Source: the human T2T-CHM13v2.0 reference genome, Homo sapiens
Reading direction: 5' to 3' (one strand)
NCBI RefSeq assembly: GCF_009914755.1
Contig: NC_060928.1
DNA: 64,000 nucleotides
A program made the position numbers and the translations under genes. Below, one piece after another: positions 63,518 to 64,000 of the stretch. Below the pieces are notes generated by a model that was given only the letters and a program-made list of their open reading frames with translations, made no database searches and was not told the DNA's origin. Position 1 is the stretch's first letter. The number at the start of each line of letters is the position of its first letter.

Positions 63518-64000
63518 TGAAACGGGAGCATCCCCAGACCCCCTCGCAGGACGTGCAACAGGGGTGTGGTGTGGCTCTTCTGTTTGGCCACTGTGCGCTC
63601 CAACCCTTTATGGGAGAAAGAGCACGCAGACGGGCAGGTGCAGGAGCCAGGGCAAGTGCTTTTGGGCTCGGGCACCATGGTAGCATCTAGGGGTGGGTGC
63701 CTGAGGTTCCCAAAGCCCCAGTGGGCATGCTACAGTGCTCTTTTAATTCTGCCACCCACAGATGCCTTAAGCGTCAATCATTTCAGTGCCCCCTTGGGCC
63801 CCAGGTTCTTGTCTGGTGTCCAGGAAAAATCAGATCACACAGACAAATTGAAGGATGGTAAACACGGGGAATTTTACTGCCAGATAGAGGTGGCTCTCAT
63901 TGGGAGGAACGGGGAACTGAAAAGGGATGGAGTAAGATGATCTTCCCCTGGAGTTCCATCATCCCACAGCCAATGTTCCCTCTGATCATCCCCAGCAGAA
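63518..64000 (-). mobile_element. ERV1 LTR (LTR1/LTR27/LTR28 group), partial
   Basis: TGAAACGGGAG..CCCCCTCGCAGGACGTGC..AGATGATCTTCCCCTGGAG; GC-rich; runs off the window. Confidence 0.6.

Overview
AT-rich primate (human-like) genomic DNA, intergenic or deep intronic, dominated by retroelements. I recognise no host protein-coding exon, RNA gene or CpG island. Bases 1-5191 hold a minus-strand HERV-K(HML-8)/HERVK11 provirus: MER11 5' LTR, degenerate Lys PBS, a gag-pol region with a large internal deletion that leaves a 589-codon in-frame Gag(MA)-RT connection-RNase H-IN ORF, and a decayed env running off the left edge. The rest contains two complete MaLR proviruses with TSDs (MSTA-like, THE1D-like), solo or partial LTRs (THE1D, MSTB, MER52, MER50, MER41B, MER4A-like and others), several old L1s, L2, MIR, MER5A, about 20 Alus and a 1.15-kb alternating purine-pyrimidine VNTR. 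The most notable details are the Gag-Pol fusion ORF, a perfect DR1+DR5 nuclear-receptor element, a CTCF motif beside an ETS/RFX palindrome, a 70-bp locally templated insertion that preserves an Alu empty site, a tailless Alu with a TSD, and intact tandem GAS sites in MER41. I do not see convincing evidence of a wholly new biological system. Repeat subfamily names come from recalled consensus sequences, and boundaries of old repeats are approximate.
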